Shown here in pieces: positions 37,219-47,324 of a DNA stretch of 64,000 nt (positions within the stretch are counted from its first letter, which is position 1; each line of letters opens with the position of its first letter). Origin of the DNA: Myxococcota bacterium (GTDB lineage: Bacteria > Myxococcota_A > Polyangia > Nannocystales > Nannocystaceae); NCBI GenBank assembly GCA_039194325.1, contig JBCCWC010000005.1, positions 1 to 64,000 on the forward strand, written 5' to 3'. Under the pieces are notes generated by a model that was given only the letters and a program-made list of their open reading frames with translations, ran no database searches and was not told the DNA's origin. A program made the position numbers and the translations under genes.

Positions 37219-40200
37219 CTACTCGAAGTCGTGGGTGGTCAACCATGCATTCACCTCGGCAAGGTCGTCTTCGCGCCCTTTGCCATGCTCGGCGTAGGCA
37301 CGTCGGGCCTGCTCGGCCAGCGCACGAGCGCGCGAGCGCTCGCTGTGCTTGCTCCACAGGGCTCGGGCGAGCACGAAGCGGGCTTCGGCAAGTAACGTGG
37401 GCGTGACAGTGGCCGCCTCGCGAATCGAGACGGCACGCTCAGCATGCGCCTGGGCAGATACCGAGTTGTTCGCCTTGAGCGCCACCTCGGCTAATCCAAA
37501 CAATGGATAAGCCACATAAGGATGATCGAGACCCAGCGCCCTCTCCTGTATAGCCAGCGCTCGCTCAAAATGATGCCGGGCGCTCTCGTTGTCTCCAAGA
37601 GAGCTGAATACATTGCCCAGGTTGTTCAGGCTATCGGCCACATTTGGATGGTTGGGGCCCAACGCCCTCTCTCGTATCGTCAGGGCACGCTGGTGGTGAA
37701 GCTTGGCATCCTCATAGTCTCCTTGGTTGTCAAATATATTGCCCAGATTGTTCAGACTATTAGCCAGAAGGGGATGGTCGGAGCCCAGTGCATTCTCAAG
37801 TATAGCCAGCGCTTGCTCGAAGTGACGCCGGGCGCTTTCGTTGTCTCCGGAAGACTTGAACACAAGGCCCAGATTGTTCAGGCTATTGGCCACTGAGGGA
37901 TGGCTAGGACCCGGTGCTTTTTCTCGTATAGCCAGCGCGCGCTGGTGGTGGACCAGCGCCTCCTCATCATCTCCTTTGCGAAAAAACACAAGGCCCAGGT
38001 TATTCAGGCTATCGGCCACGTTTGGATGGTCGGGGCCTAGCGCCCGCTCCTGTATAGCCAGCGCTTGCTCGAAGTGCATCCGTGCGTTCTCATAATCTCC
38101 TTGATGACTAAATACGATGCCCAGGTTGCTCAGGCTATCGGCCACATTTGGGTGATCGGAGCCTAGCGTATCTTCAAATATCGCCAGCGCACGTTGATGG
38201 TAAACCCTCGCATTCCCATAATCTCCTTGGCTGTTGAACACAAGCCCCAGGTTACTCAGACTTAGAGACTCTTGAAATGGTTCGCCGCTGCGCTGGGCCA
38301 AAGGCAGTGCGTTCATCTCGCCCCACTGCTGGCCCTCCACATGCCTTGCAAGTTGAACACCTACCACGAAGACCAAAGCCTGGGCCGTGTCGAGCGCAAC
38401 CGGATCGTGCTGGTGGCTGACCGCCAGCGCATAGGCCTGCTGTAGGTCTTCTTCCGCTTTGGCATACTGGCCGTTGTCCTCTCGTAGCGCTCCCCGCCAA
38501 TATAGAGCCTCGGCTCGAAACGGCGGGTACCCCAGCCGCTCGGCTCGCTCTACGACCTCCTCAGCCTCCTCTAGTGCCTCCGCGTACCGGCCCGCCTTCT
38601 GCATCGCCTCAATCTCCACCAGGCGCGCGCGCTGAGCCTCGACCGCACCAGCTGCCTTGGGGTTCTCGGGTGGAGGCACGAGTTGGTCCTGCTGTTCGAG
38701 CCACGCAAGGTCGTTGCATCGGGCCAGCGTAGGCAGACCGACGACGAGCTTCACCGCGTTCTCCACTACCCTGGCGTTTGTCTCAGCGTTGGCGTCGGTC
38801 AACTGGCCGACGGTGGCGCGCAATGCCGTGCGGCGCTGGTCGAGGCAGCGCATGCGCAGGCTCATCTCCTCGGGGGTTTGTTCGCCGCGCACGCTCGTGG
38901 CCTCGCAGGCCTCGGTGTGGGTATCCGTCCAGTCCCGGGCGTAGGTGTCGAGCCCCGGTTCCACGCGGTCCCATGTGTCAGAGGCAAAAGAGAGCTCGGT
39001 GCCCAGGATGGCGTCCCGTACCTGCTGCCGACGGTCATCGTCCCAGATGCCCTCTAGTTGGGCACGGGCACCCGTGCAGCGTTGTCCCACGTCGGCTTGG
39101 TAGGCTTGCCCGATCCCGAAAAGCCCCAGCCCGAGCGCCACAGTGGCGCTCAGAGCCAACCATCGCCCCCGATTCGGCGCGACCAGCCGCTGTAGCTCTG
39201 CGAGCATCTCCTCCATCGAGGACCACCGATGGAGCGGGTTAGACGCCAAGCCCCGCACCAAGATCTGTCGGAGGCTTCCCGGAACTTTCATCCCCTTCGG
39301 AGTCGTCCGCATCGTTCCGAGAGACACCGCTTCCAACAACGCCGACATCGTGTCCCCGTCGAAGGGGCGCTCGCCATACACGGCCTCATAGAGGGATACG
39401 CAAAAGCTGAACTGATCGCTCCGTGCATCCGCTCCTTCGCCCCTCATCTGCTCAGGAGGCATATAGGCTGGCGTTCCCAGAACCGTACCAGATTCCGTAA
39501 GCGGCGCATCGAGGTCCCTCTCACCGCGCCCGATCGCTTCGATCTCTCCCGAGATCACGTCGAGCACTGGCTCCGCAGCACCGACCAGCCCAAAGTCCAG
39601 AACCCGCGGCCGTCCCGCCCGGTCGACAATGCAGTTGTCCGGCTTGAAGTCGCGGTGGATGAACCCTTTAGCATGGGCGGCCACCAACCCGGCGCCCGCC
39701 TGTAGATAGATCTCCACACATTTCCGCCACCCTCGCGGGGTCTCTTGCCACGTTCGTAGCGTTTGCCCGTGGATCAGCTCCATAGCGATGAACCATTGCC
39801 CGTCGTGCTGTCCTACCTCGTACACCTGCACGACATTGGGATGCGAAAGCTTGGCCAACGCCTGCGCTTCACGACGTAGTCGCTCAGCGTGGCGCTCGGC
39901 AGCCTCGGCAGACAACAGCTTGATGGCCACGGCCCGTTCGAGCGACTCGTCGTACGCCTTGAAAACCGTCCCCATGCCACCGCTGCCCAACTCGCCGAGC
40001 AAGAGATAGCGACCAAGGGCCTGACCGCGCGGCGTTGCAGGGGATGCAGGGCTCGACATTTGCCCACCCGACCCCTGAAACAACCAGGCGGTTCCGCGGT
40101 CCACCTTGTCAAGTGCGCGTCCCTGGGGCTCTTGCACGTCCCGCGCTCGCTCCTTGAGCGCTCGTGCCATAGGCTCAACGGACCGATCCTCGACGGTCAA

Positions 40201-40260
40201 TGCCGACGCTAGCGTATGCGACTTCCCTCCCTTGGGGATGTCGCCGGGAACTCGAGCCAT
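37219..40260 (-). CDS. Membrane Ser/Thr protein kinase with seven 42-aa TPR repeats (copy 3)
   Basis: LGSGGMGTVF, VAIK, HRDFKPDN, DFG, GTPAYMPPE; TM 'WLALSATVALGLGLFGIG'; 'ADSLNNLG' repeats. Start uncertain (ORF open to 40383). Confidence 0.92.
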   Translation of the reverse strand: MARVPGDIPKGGKSHTLASALTVEDRSVEPMARALKERARDVQEPQGRALDKVDRGTAWLFQGSGGQMSSPASPATPRGQALGRYLLLGELGSGGMGTVFKAYDESLERAVAIKLLSAEAAERHAERLRREAQALAKLSHPNVVQVYEVGQHDGQWFIAMELIHGQTLRTWQETPRGWRKCVEIYLQAGAGLVAAHAKGFIHRDFKPDNCIVDRAGRPRVLDFGLVGAAEPVLDVISGEIEAIGRGERDLDAPLTESGTVLGTPAYMPPEQMRGEGADARSDQFSFCVSLYEAVYGERPFDGDTMSALLEAVSLGTMRTTPKGMKVPGSLRQILVRGLASNPLHRWSSMEEMLAELQRLVAPNRGRWLALSATVALGLGLFGIGQAYQADVGQRCTGARAQLEGIWDDDRRQQVRDAILGTELSFASDTWDRVEPGLDTYARDWTDTHTEACEATSVRGEQTPEEMSLRMRCLDQRRTALRATVGQLTDANAETNARVVENAVKLVVGLPTLARCNDLAWLEQQDQLVPPPENPKAAGAVEAQRARLVEIEAMQKAGRYAEALEEAEEVVERAERLGYPPFRAEALYWRGALREDNGQYAKAEEDLQQAYALAVSHQHDPVALDTAQALVFVVGVQLARHVEGQQWGEMNALPLAQRSGEPFQESLSLSNLGLVFNSQGDYGNARVYHQRALAIFEDTLGSDHPNVADSLSNLGIVFSHQGDYENARMHFEQALAIQERALGPDHPNVADSLNNLGLVFFRKGDDEEALVHHQRALAIREKAPGPSHPSVANSLNNLGLVFKSSGDNESARRHFEQALAILENALGSDHPLLANSLNNLGNIFDNQGDYEDAKLHHQRALTIRERALGPNHPNVADSLNNLGNVFSSLGDNESARHHFERALAIQERALGLDHPYVAYPLFGLAEVALKANNSVSAQAHAERAVSIREAATVTPTLLAEARFVLARALWSKHSERSRARALAEQARRAYAEHGKGREDDLAEVNAWLTTHDFE

Positions 40261-40390
40261 GTGTCGGTTCGCAGCGCCGAAGACACGGCCAGCGGGACCG
40301 TGGGCTACGTCGCTTCGATCCTTGCATCCCGACTGGTCTGATTCGAATGTCACTCGCCGCCTATTCTGGACGCGTTTCGGCACTTCTGCT

Positions 40391-40482
40391 TGCGGTCAAC
40401 CGCACTTAAATGAGCATTGTCCCAAAAGGGACAATGTAACTACCGACCTTTCGAGCCGCCCCAATGCGCGATTCGCACATTG
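40391..40482. promoter_or_regulatory. Three palindromes upstream of kinase copy 3
   Basis: TGCGGT-CA-ACCGCA (40391-40404), perfect CATTGTCCC-AAAA-GGGACAATG (40415-40436), CAATGCGCGA-T-TCGCACATTG (40462-40482, 1 mismatch). Confidence 0.55.
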
Positions 40483-40574
40483 ATCCACACGTACCGCGAC
40501 GATGGCTCGCATCCGATGAAGTCGACCCCTCAAGTGCGGCAGCACTGCCCGTCGAGCCCGAGCCCACGCACGGG

Positions 40575-40837
40575 TCAAGGGCGAACGCTCGAAGGCTCCA
40601 ACCCGCCCATCGCTCCTGAGCGATCACTCCGGCCATGGTTTCGAGTGTCGCGATCGTCTTGCTCACCTCGGGCCGCCAACGTCATCCGCCGAACCCGATC
40701 GCGACCGTGCATCCGCCACTGCTCGATCAACGCGTCGCCCAACTCCTCGTGCTCCTCGATCGCTCGAAGCGCGACATACTGCGCCGCAGTGCCTCCCGCT
40801 TCAAGACGCGAGCACCACGCTCGACCCACCAGCCGAT
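40575..40837 (-). pseudogene. Truncated, frameshifted copy of gene A (A')
   Basis: Encodes 'IGWWVERGARVLKREA' then, after a 7-nt deletion, 'LRAIEEHEELGD...WRMH...GAMGGLEPSSVRP'. The 5' half and start are deleted. Confidence 0.8.
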
Positions 40838-40930
40838 CTACCCCACGATCTTCCCGCCGTTACACCGCCGTTCCCAAGCCGAAGCCTCGCGCTGACGTTA
40901 CAAACAGGGGCCACTGGCCCCCAACTCGAC

Positions 40931-41476
40931 CTATCCCCGAACGCCCGAGGGATCCCACCCTGCCCGCACCCCGTGCACGAACCACTCCTGCTGCGGGTCA
41001 CGCTGCTCGAGCGTCTCCAGATCCTCCGCCAACGCAACGCACTGCTCTCGTGTCAGTGGCTCGCCCGCCCACCACGAGATCCAGCGCGCCTTGATGCGAC
41101 ACTCTCGCCGCCACTGCTGGACCACGCTGTCCCCCTGCTCGTGGTAGCTGCGGATCGCGTTGAGCCGGTAGCGTGGCAACCCGCGCCGCAGTGCCTCTCG
41201 CTGGAGCGCACGCTCCTCACGCTCCAGCCACCAGCTGACCAACGTCACCACGGCCAGGCCGACAGCACCCACGGCCACGATGCGTCCGCTGTCCATCATC
41301 GACCCGGTGCAGCTGACGAACAGCAGCATCGCGCCCCCGTACCCGAGCCGGAGGCGGATCGGTTCCTTCCGGCTCCCTTCCGCCGCCAGAGCTTCAGCCA
41401 GCCAAAGCTCGGTCTGGGCGGCCCGCAGGGCGTTGACGACGAGGGGATCGACTCCGGGAACACAGCGATAGGCCAC
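40931..41476 (-). CDS. Hypothetical 2-TM membrane protein (family member B)
   Basis: Paralog of 36198-36704; ends 'PSGVRG' like A. Confidence 0.7.
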   Translation of the reverse strand: MAYRCVPGVDPLVVNALRAAQTELWLAEALAAEGSRKEPIRLRLGYGGAMLLFVSCTGSMMDSGRIVAVGAVGLAVVTLVSWWLEREERALQREALRRGLPRYRLNAIRSYHEQGDSVVQQWRRECRIKARWISWWAGEPLTREQCVALAEDLETLEQRDPQQEWFVHGVRAGWDPSGVRG

Positions 41477-41617
41477 GAGCTTCGGGTCCCACTACCACCG
41501 TCGGCCGCACGATCTTCCCGCCCCGCTCCACCGCCCTCGCCGCACCAAGACCGCGCCAACGACCCGTCACCGCCCCGTGACGATCAGATTCGCGCTCGAC
41601 CCACTCGTTGATGCACC

Positions 41618-42871
41618 ATGGGGCCGATGCTGGAAGCGGCCGTGCGCCCCCGAGTCCTCAGTGTCGTGCTCGCCGGCGGTGAGGGCAAGCGCCTGATGCC
41701 GCTGACCACGGATCGAGCCAAGCCCGCGGTGCCCTTCGGCGGGCAGTACCGGCTCATCGATTTCGCCCTGTCCAACCTCGCCAACGGTGGCTACCGCCGG
41801 ATCGTGGTGCTCACCCAGTACAAGAGCCACTCGCTCGACGTGCACCTGGCTCGAACCTGGCGGCTGGCGAGCTTCCTGGGCAGCTACGTCACCTCGGTGC
41901 CGGCCCAGATGCGCAAGGGCCCGACCTGGTTTCGCGGCTCGGCCGACGCCTTGTACCAAAACCTCAACATCGTAGACGACGAGCAGCCCAAGTTCGTCTT
42001 CGTGTTCGGGGCCGACCACGTCTATCGGATCGATCCTCGCCAGATGCTCGACCAGCACATCGACTCGGGCGCCGGGGTGACGATCGCCGCCCTGCGGGTG
42101 CCCCGGGATCAATCTCGCCACTTCGGCGTGATCGAGCGAGGCACGGGCACGTCGATCAAGAGCTTCATCGAGAAACCGGCAGAAGCCGAGGGCCTGGCCG
42201 ACGACCCCACCAAGATCCTCGCGTCGATGGGGAACTACGTGTTCACCACCGACGTGCTGCTCGAGGCCTTGCACCGCGACGCCGCCGCCGAGGACACCCG
42301 CCATGACATCGGCGGCAACCTGATCCCCGCCCTGGTCGCCGGCGGCGAGGCCCACGTGTACGACTTCACCACCAACGAGGTCCCCGGCGAAGACCCCCAG
42401 TCACACTACTGGCGCGACGTGGGCACGCTCGATGCCTACCACGAGGCCCATATGGATCTCGTGGCCCCGCTACCCGACTTCGATCTCTACAACGACCGCT
42501 GGCCGATCCACACCATGGTGCGCACGATGCCCCCCCCCAAGATCGTGGCGATCGGCAAGTATGGGGCGGGACATGTGGCCGACGCGATGCTCAGCAACGG
42601 GGTGATCCTCAGCGGGGCCACCGTGCACCGCTCGGTGCTCTCCCCCGGTGTGCGGGTGGGCGGCGGGGCCACCGTGGAGGACTCGATCCTGCTCGACGAC
42701 GTCAAGATCGGCGAGGGCGCGATCATCCGTCGGGCCGTACTCGACAAAGGGGTGGTGATCCCCCCCGGAGCCACCGTGGGGCTGGACCACGAGGCCGACC
42801 TCGCCCGCGGGCTGCACGTGTCCGAAGGCGGCGTGGTGGCGATGGGCAAGAAGCAACCGTTCGAGCGCTGA
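41618..42871 (+). CDS. glgC: Glucose-1-phosphate adenylyltransferase
   Basis: '[32 protein letters not shown]', 'LTQYKSHSL', 'GADHVY', 'FIEKP', 'ASMGNYVF', 'YWRDVGT'. Confidence 0.96.
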   Translation: MGPMLEAAVRPRVLSVVLAGGEGKRLMPLTTDRAKPAVPFGGQYRLIDFALSNLANGGYRRIVVLTQYKSHSLDVHLARTWRLASFLGSYVTSVPAQMRKGPTWFRGSADALYQNLNIVDDEQPKFVFVFGADHVYRIDPRQMLDQHIDSGAGVTIAALRVPRDQSRHFGVIERGTGTSIKSFIEKPAEAEGLADDPTKILASMGNYVFTTDVLLEALHRDAAAEDTRHDIGGNLIPALVAGGEAHVYDFTTNEVPGEDPQSHYWRDVGTLDAYHEAHMDLVAPLPDFDLYNDRWPIHTMVRTMPPPKIVAIGKYGAGHVADAMLSNGVILSGATVHRSVLSPGVRVGGGATVEDSILLDDVKIGEGAIIRRAVLDKGVVIPPGATVGLDHEADLARGLHVSEGGVVAMGKKQPFER

Positions 42872-42900
42872 AGGCTCGACCCCTGCGGGCGAATGAGCGA

Positions 42901-42925
42901 GGGCGTGGCCCGAAGACCACGCCCC
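42901..42925. terminator. Hairpin between convergent glgC and the Cys-rich lipoprotein gene
   Basis: GGGCGTGG-cccgaaga-CCACGCCC; no U-tract. Confidence 0.4.
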
Positions 42926-42947
42926 TGACGCTCACCCCCGCAGGGAG

Positions 42948-44084
42948 CTATGGAACGGTACAGACACCGACGTCTTCGTATCCGGGAGGAGCCATGCCCA
43001 TCGCAAACCATGGGGAACAAACCTGCCCGACTCCAACTCCGGTGCACTGAGCGTCCCCTGCCGGATCGCTGATGTCACAGATATCGGTGCAGCAGCCCAC
43101 CGCCGACGCACAACCCGGCACGGACATCGGCACGTCACACACCAGGCCTGGATCGCACACGTTGATGAACTCGCAAGGATCGCCGTAGACGCCCATCACC
43201 CCGGAGGCGTCGGGCGCACAGACGAAGGTGTCGTCGATCGGGTAGCAAGCCTCGCCAGCGGGACACGCCTGGGCGAGCGGGTCACACCCCGGTATGCACA
43301 GGGTCAAGACGTCCTGGTTGCTGATCACGCAAAACGCGGTGGGATCGTCGCAGGTCGGCTCGTCAGGGCAGCCGTTGCACAGCGCCACGCAAGTCCCCAC
43401 GTTGGTCTCGAAATCCACGCTCCAGCACATCGAGCCGATGTCGCAATTGTCTTCGCCGGCCGCCCCGCCGTTCGGGGCAACACAAGGATCTCCAGGCTGA
43501 GCCGGATTGGGATCGATGGGCGTGCACTGGGTGGCATCCCACGTGCCGCCACCCGCCGCATAGGCGATGCACTTCTCGCCCGCCGGGCAGTCTTGCAGCC
43601 ACGGGTCGCACAAGGTCCCGACCCCGCCCATATACATGTCGCAAACACCCGCCCCGGTGGTCGAGCTCGACGACTCGGACTCCCCGGTGGTGCCTGTGCT
43701 GTCCGTGCTTTCCATGCCGTCGGTCGTCTCACCGGTATCGGTCGACATGCCCGAGGTCGAGCCCGTCCCCGTGGCGCTCGGATCGATGCTGGTCGAGCCC
43801 GAGCCATTGCCTCCGCCAGTGCTCGAGTCGATCGGCAGAGGATCGCCGCACTGACAGGCGTCGTATCCACTGCTATCGGACAGGCAAACCTGGATCCCGT
43901 CGGCCGCACCCGGACACGAGCACGAGATCTGCTCGCCGGGTGTGCACGCATTGGGAGTGACGCTGGTCCCGGAGCTCTCTGTGAGATCGGGAAGCCCGTC
44001 CACGGGGCAGCCGGCGAGCAGCGAGGCCAACGCGCCCAGACGGGCTACGTCATAGAAGGATCGACAGATGAATGAACGGTTCAT
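42948..44084 (-). CDS. Cys-rich myxobacterial lipoprotein
   Basis: Lipobox 'LLAGC', S/T/G linker, repeated 'CDPWLQDCPAGEKC' and 'CDPLAQACPAGEAC' modules. Confidence 0.85.
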   Translation of the reverse strand: MNRSFICRSFYDVARLGALASLLAGCPVDGLPDLTESSGTSVTPNACTPGEQISCSCPGAADGIQVCLSDSSGYDACQCGDPLPIDSSTGGGNGSGSTSIDPSATGTGSTSGMSTDTGETTDGMESTDSTGTTGESESSSSTTGAGVCDMYMGGVGTLCDPWLQDCPAGEKCIAYAAGGGTWDATQCTPIDPNPAQPGDPCVAPNGGAAGEDNCDIGSMCWSVDFETNVGTCVALCNGCPDEPTCDDPTAFCVISNQDVLTLCIPGCDPLAQACPAGEACYPIDDTFVCAPDASGVMGVYGDPCEFINVCDPGLVCDVPMSVPGCASAVGCCTDICDISDPAGDAQCTGVGVGQVCSPWFAMGMAPPGYEDVGVCTVP

Positions 44085-44337
44085 GAAAGTCCCTATCGAG
44101 AGCAGAAAGCCGGGCCAGGAGCATTGCCCGCAGGTACCCGCCGATGCAGGTGCCCTTTGTGTGATGGAGCGACACGATGCGCCGCCGGACAGCCGACGGA
44201 CCAAGGATCAGGTTCGTGAGCTTACCGAGCCGAGGTCACGCCCGTCGACATCGATCGAGCCGGTTTCGGAATCGACCCCCCAGTGCCTCGTGCCGGAAGC
44301 TCGTGCCGCGGGAGCAACGCGCTCGCCGAGCTCGCCG

Positions 44338-45741
44338 CTACTGGGCCGCCGCGAGCTTGGCCAACACCCGTAGGTGCTGTACTGCCGCGCGTAGCGGCAG
44401 GTCGTCCCCGGCGGCCCGCAGCGCGGCCGACTCGTCGACCATCGGAGGGCTGCGGCGCCCAAAGTCCTCGGGCTCGAGGTGTCGGGGGTTCTCTCGCTCG
44501 GCCGGCAGCTCGGGACGACTGTCGCGGTTGGGCACGACGCCCTCCGGGGCGGCGGTGGCTCCCACGTAGACATCGGGCGTGATCCCGCTGGCCTGGATCA
44601 GCCGATCGCCGGGGGTGTAGTAGAGCGCGGTGGTGATCTTGAGCAAGCTGCCGTCGTCGAGCTCGAAGGGCGCCTGGACCGAACCCTTGCCGTAGCTACG
44701 CTCCCCCACGATGATCGCCCGACCATGATCTTGCAGCGCGCCCGCGACGATCTCCGAGGCGCTCGCGGAGCCCTTGTTGATCAGCACGACCAGCGGTAAG
44801 TCACGCTTGGTGCCCGGGCGGTGGGCCCGGAGCTCGTCGAGCACCACGCCCCGGCGGCCCCGCGTCCGCACGATCGCTCCCTCGTCCACGAACAAGTCGA
44901 CGATCCCGGCCGCCTCGTCCAGCAGGCCGCCGCCGTTGTCCCGCAAGTCGAGCACCACCCCGCGAAGGCCGAGCTTGCCCCCCTGCTCGCGCAAGGACGC
45001 GAGCCCCTGGGCCATCTCCTTGGTGGCGTCCTCGGGGAAGTCGCGCAGGCGCAAGATCCCGAGCCCCTCGCCGAGGTAGCTGACCTCGACCGCCGGAGGA
45101 TCGATGATCGCTCGGGTCAGCTCGTGGGTGGTCAGCACGCCGCGCTCGGGCTCCTCGACGGTCAGCGCGATCGTTGTGCCGGGCTTACCACGGATCTTGA
45201 CGATCGCCTGCTCGAGGTCGGAAAAGTCCGCGATCGGCTGCCCGGCGATCCGAACGACCCGGTGGCCCACCTCGATGCCGGCCCGATCGGCCGGACCGTC
45301 GGGGATGATGTCGCGGATCTCGAGGTAGCGGTCGCCGTCGTCCTCGCGGCCGAGCACCACCACCATGCCGATCCCCCCGAACGCCCCCTCGATGTCCTCA
45401 CGCAAGAGCTTGGCCTCGCGCGGGGGCAAGAAGGCGGTATGCGGATCGAGCTGGGAGACCATGCCGACGAGCGCCGCATGGATCAGCTGGCGATCGTCGA
45501 CCGGGCGCACGTAGTACTGCTCGACGATCGCCAGCGCGCGCGCAAAGACATCGAGCTTTTGATACCGGGAGTACTGGGCCGGAGCCGACCCCACGGTTCC
45601 ACGCCGTGGCGTTGCTTGCGCTGCTTGCGCAGTTCGCGCCGCATGGGACGGCAAGCTCGCACCAACACCGATGCCGATCCCGATGCCCAGGCACGTAAGC
45701 CCTAGCGCCCCAAGGCCCAGCCGAACTCGAAGCTTTCGCAT
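44338..45741 (-). CDS. ctpA: Carboxy-terminal processing protease, S41A family with PDZ
   Basis: 'LDPHT', 'FGGIG', 'LDLRDNGGG', 'SASASEIVAGALQD', 'SYGKGSVQ', 'GITPD'. Confidence 0.93.
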   Translation of the reverse strand: MRKLRVRLGLGALGLTCLGIGIGIGVGASLPSHAARTAQAAQATPRRGTVGSAPAQYSRYQKLDVFARALAIVEQYYVRPVDDRQLIHAALVGMVSQLDPHTAFLPPREAKLLREDIEGAFGGIGMVVVLGREDDGDRYLEIRDIIPDGPADRAGIEVGHRVVRIAGQPIADFSDLEQAIVKIRGKPGTTIALTVEEPERGVLTTHELTRAIIDPPAVEVSYLGEGLGILRLRDFPEDATKEMAQGLASLREQGGKLGLRGVVLDLRDNGGGLLDEAAGIVDLFVDEGAIVRTRGRRGVVLDELRAHRPGTKRDLPLVVLINKGSASASEIVAGALQDHGRAIIVGERSYGKGSVQAPFELDDGSLLKITTALYYTPGDRLIQASGITPDVYVGATAAPEGVVPNRDSRPELPAERENPRHLEPEDFGRRSPPMVDESAALRAAGDDLPLRAAVQHLRVLAKLAAAQ

Positions 45742-45770
45742 GCTGCTGGGCAGTCTATCAAGCTCGTCGC

Positions 45771-46721
45771 TCAGGGCGAGGTCCGTCCGGCGGCGATCGT
45801 CTCCGCGTAGACCCGGTCGCGGCTCGTGCCGGCCGCGACCTTGGCCTTGGCCTTGGCCATCTCCTCGTCGATGAGCGTCTTGAATGCCGTCACCGGCTGC
45901 GCCCCGGCCAAGAAGCGCCCGTTGACGAAGAACGAAGGCGTCCCCCGGGCCCCCAGGGCCATGCCTGCTTTTTGCTGTCGATCGACACGCTCGGCGAGCG
46001 CGGCGCTGTCGAGATCGCGCTTGAACTTCTTGACATCGAGGCCCATTGCGCGCGCCCACGCGATGAAGTTCTTCTCGGTCAGATCGCGCTGGTTGGCGAA
46101 GAGCTTGTCGTGCATCTCCCAAAACTTGCCCTGCTCCCCCGCCGCCTCGGCGGCGATCGCCGCCGGACGGGCGTTGACGTGGAACGACAGCGGATTGTGC
46201 TTGAACACGTAGCGCAGATCCTTGCCGTAGTCTTTGTGGAGCACCTCGATGGTCGGTGATACACGATTACAATAAGGGCACTGGAAGTCGGACCAGGTCA
46301 CGATGGTGACCAGCGCATCCTCGGGACCCCGGGCCTGAGCGTCCCCCACCTCGGCCTTGTAATACGCCGTGGGATCGGGCCGCCCTGGCTTGACGCCGGT
46401 GGTGGGCTTGACACGCTCCTTTTGCAGCTCCTCGATGTCGACCTGAGCCTCGGCCACCTGCGACTCGAACGACACCAGCTCTGCCGACAGCGTGGCCAGT
46501 CGCTTCTCCAGCTCGCCGATCCGCTGCTCGTACGCCTCGGTCGCCGCGACCTTCTGCGCGAGCTGCTCCTGCTGCTCTTGCAGGGCCGCTAGCTTGGCGT
46601 CGGCCACTTCGGTGGCCACGTCCTTCATCATCGCGCGCTGGTCCTCGGCGGAGGGTAGATCGCAGGCGGCCGTGAACAAGACCGGGAACAAGGCCGGGAA
46701 CAGCACGAGGGGCGCTCTCAT
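45771..46721 (-). CDS. DsbA-family thioredoxin lipoprotein with N-terminal coiled coil
   Basis: Lipobox 'FTAAC', 'SDFQCPYC', 'FKHNPLSFH', 'QGKFWEMHDKLF', 'GTPSFFVNG'. Confidence 0.92.
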   Translation of the reverse strand: MRAPLVLFPALFPVLFTAACDLPSAEDQRAMMKDVATEVADAKLAALQEQQEQLAQKVAATEAYEQRIGELEKRLATLSAELVSFESQVAEAQVDIEELQKERVKPTTGVKPGRPDPTAYYKAEVGDAQARGPEDALVTIVTWSDFQCPYCNRVSPTIEVLHKDYGKDLRYVFKHNPLSFHVNARPAAIAAEAAGEQGKFWEMHDKLFANQRDLTEKNFIAWARAMGLDVKKFKRDLDSAALAERVDRQQKAGMALGARGTPSFFVNGRFLAGAQPVTAFKTLIDEEMAKAKAKVAAGTSRDRVYAETIAAGRTSP

Positions 46722-46937
46722 ACCGCGGATGATAGCCCCGTCACGGGCCCGGGCCGACCGCGAGCGCCCGCCAGCGACCCCATTTTCTCTGGCTCCACGT
46801 TGGAGCGCAGTGCTGGCGTAGCGCCGCGGCCCGCCGGCCCCGGGAGACGAGCGCAGGATCCGTGCTCATGAGCTTGCCGGCATATCTTGCCCGCGGGTGA
46901 GGAAAGCACGGTTACGACTGACTCCGCAGAGCATGCA

Positions 46938-47324
46938 CTACCACTCGATCGGCACGTCGTAGGACGAGAACGCCGTGTCGCTGGTGACGATCGCCATGCC
47001 ACGACGTAGCGCTGTCGCCACCAAGAGTCGATCGAACGGGTCTCGGTGATCCACAGGCGGTCCCAATGAGTCGAGCGCAACGACATCGTGCGCCTCGATC
47101 GGGAGGACCGCATCAGGGTGAACCGCGGCGGCAAACCATTCAGCGGGGGGAGAGGGCAGCGACAACTTGCCCTTGTGAACCTTGATGATGATCTCCCAGA
47201 AGGATGCCACGCTGACGAAAACCTCATTGGCTTCATCGTCGAGCACACGGCGCGCCCGTGGAGAGAGCTGCTCCGAGTCATCGACGAACCAGAGCAGAGT
47301 GCAGGTATCCAGGAGCAGCCGCAT
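46938..47324 (-). CDS. vapC: PIN-domain toxin (VapC, Sll0205-like)
   Basis: 'MRLLLDT..LLW', 'VSVASFWEI', 'HRDPFDRLLVA', 'IVTSD'. Confidence 0.92.
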   Translation of the reverse strand: MRLLLDTCTLLWFVDDSEQLSPRARRVLDDEANEVFVSVASFWEIIIKVHKGKLSLPSPPAEWFAAAVHPDAVLPIEAHDVVALDSLGPPVDHRDPFDRLLVATALRRGMAIVTSDTAFSSYDVPIEW

